A DNA stretch of 41,911 nt from Candidatus Avilachnospira sp. (GTDB lineage: Bacteria > Bacillota > Clostridia > Lachnospirales > Lachnospiraceae), in assembly GCA_045642005.1 (NCBI GenBank), contig JAZUHZ010000251.1:1-41911 (forward strand), in the 5' to 3' direction. Below, in pieces: positions 41,412-41,911 of the stretch. The notes beneath the pieces are model-generated. The model did no database searches. It was not told where the DNA came from and saw only the letters and a program-made list of their open reading frames with translations. Position 1 is the first letter of the stretch. Each line of letters starts with the position of its first letter. The position numbers were made by a program, and so were the translations under genes.

Positions 41412-41810
41412 TTATCCGGCCTCAAAGGTTTTTTTCAGCATTTCAAGTTTTCCGGGGCACTTCTTGGATATCTTCTGAATCAGAAGCCCAAAGGTAGTAA
41501 GCAGGTCCTCAAGATCCGCTTCGTCCATGTCCTCTGCCAGTTCCCGGAAGTCCTTCCCGAAAGGTTTGTAAAGGCCTTTCTTTCCGTAAACCTCCGCGCT
41601 GCGGTCATCAAAGGTCACTTCCTGAAGGACCGGACGCCAGAGCTTCTCCTCCGCTTCATTCTCATACCATTTATAGATCTGCCGGGAGACCGCCTCTGTC
41701 ACCCCTTCGATGTGAAAGAAACAGAAGCCCTCCTTTATCGCCTGTTCAAAGCGGACAAAGGAACCGTAAAAATACTCGTCGATGGCCTTCGCATGGGAAG
41801 AACCCAGCAT
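41412..41810 (-). CDS. Hypothetical 132-aa protein with a LigA-C-terminal-like HhH segment
   Basis: FHIEGVTEAVSRQIYKWYENEAEEKLW resembles the HhH region of NAD-dependent ligases. The resemblance is weak and there is no clear RBS. Confidence 0.4.
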   Translation of the reverse strand: MLGSSHAKAIDEYFYGSFVRFEQAIKEGFCFFHIEGVTEAVSRQIYKWYENEAEEKLWRPVLQEVTFDDRSAEVYGKKGLYKPFGKDFRELAEDMDEADLEDLLTTFGLLIQKISKKCPGKLEMLKKTFEAG

Positions 41811-41911
41811 CGGGATAACACATCTCTTTTACTGTCTGAGAGGATTATACAGAAGGGCATGTACCGTTTTCGGGGCACAAAAAGAGCCCGGCGAAAAATC
41901 GCTCGGGCTTT

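Overview
This 41.9-kb window looks like a Firmicutes chromosome, probably Clostridia or Lachnospiraceae-like, judging from the PolC-type polymerase, the T-box leader and GGAGG-type ribosome-binding sites. I found no rRNA, tRNA, CRISPR array or intact transposase. Ordinary genes include a T-box-controlled class I aminotransferase, pnuC with an NMN-adenylyltransferase-like gene, a macro-domain protein, a GGDEF cyclase, an AraC regulator with a DAACS symporter, an alpha/beta hydrolase, SanA/YdcF, a cyclase-family protein, NUDIX, bcp and an AAA/DUF4143 ATPase. These are interleaved with accessory and decaying material. The strongest candidate for an undescribed system lies at about 12.5-18.6 kb, with a relic at 6.3 kb. 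It is a family of at least eight small ORFs with double-glycine (..QVTGG) leaders of two classes and long, unrelated, hydrophilic cores. Three class-B loci (one of them the decayed 6.3-kb relic) sit behind a repeated promoter cassette; in the two intact loci the cassette carries a large palindrome. The ORFs surround a gene that fuses a STAS (SpoIIAA-like) domain to an adenylate-forming (ANL) enzyme, with a GNAT nearby. No peptidase-ABC exporter or known RiPP maturase is in the window. A MATE transporter fused to an RsbW/SpoIIAB-like ATPase domain at 2.5-4.4 kb could be the partner of the STAS domain. Other notable items are a PolC paralog that lacks the 3-prime-5-prime exonuclease insert, a soluble FtsH-like AAA+/M41 protease next to a short WYL-regulator-type wHTH gene, and a GTTTCACGC inverted and direct repeat element shared by two distant promoter regions. 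There is also a small protein made of six exact 17-residue EYPSGR repeats, a Phd/PIN toxin-antitoxin pair beside a truncated NUDIX gene, and a gene-decay zone holding NRPS condensation-domain, LRR and Rpn-like fragments. All functional calls come from motif recognition by eye. No database search was possible.
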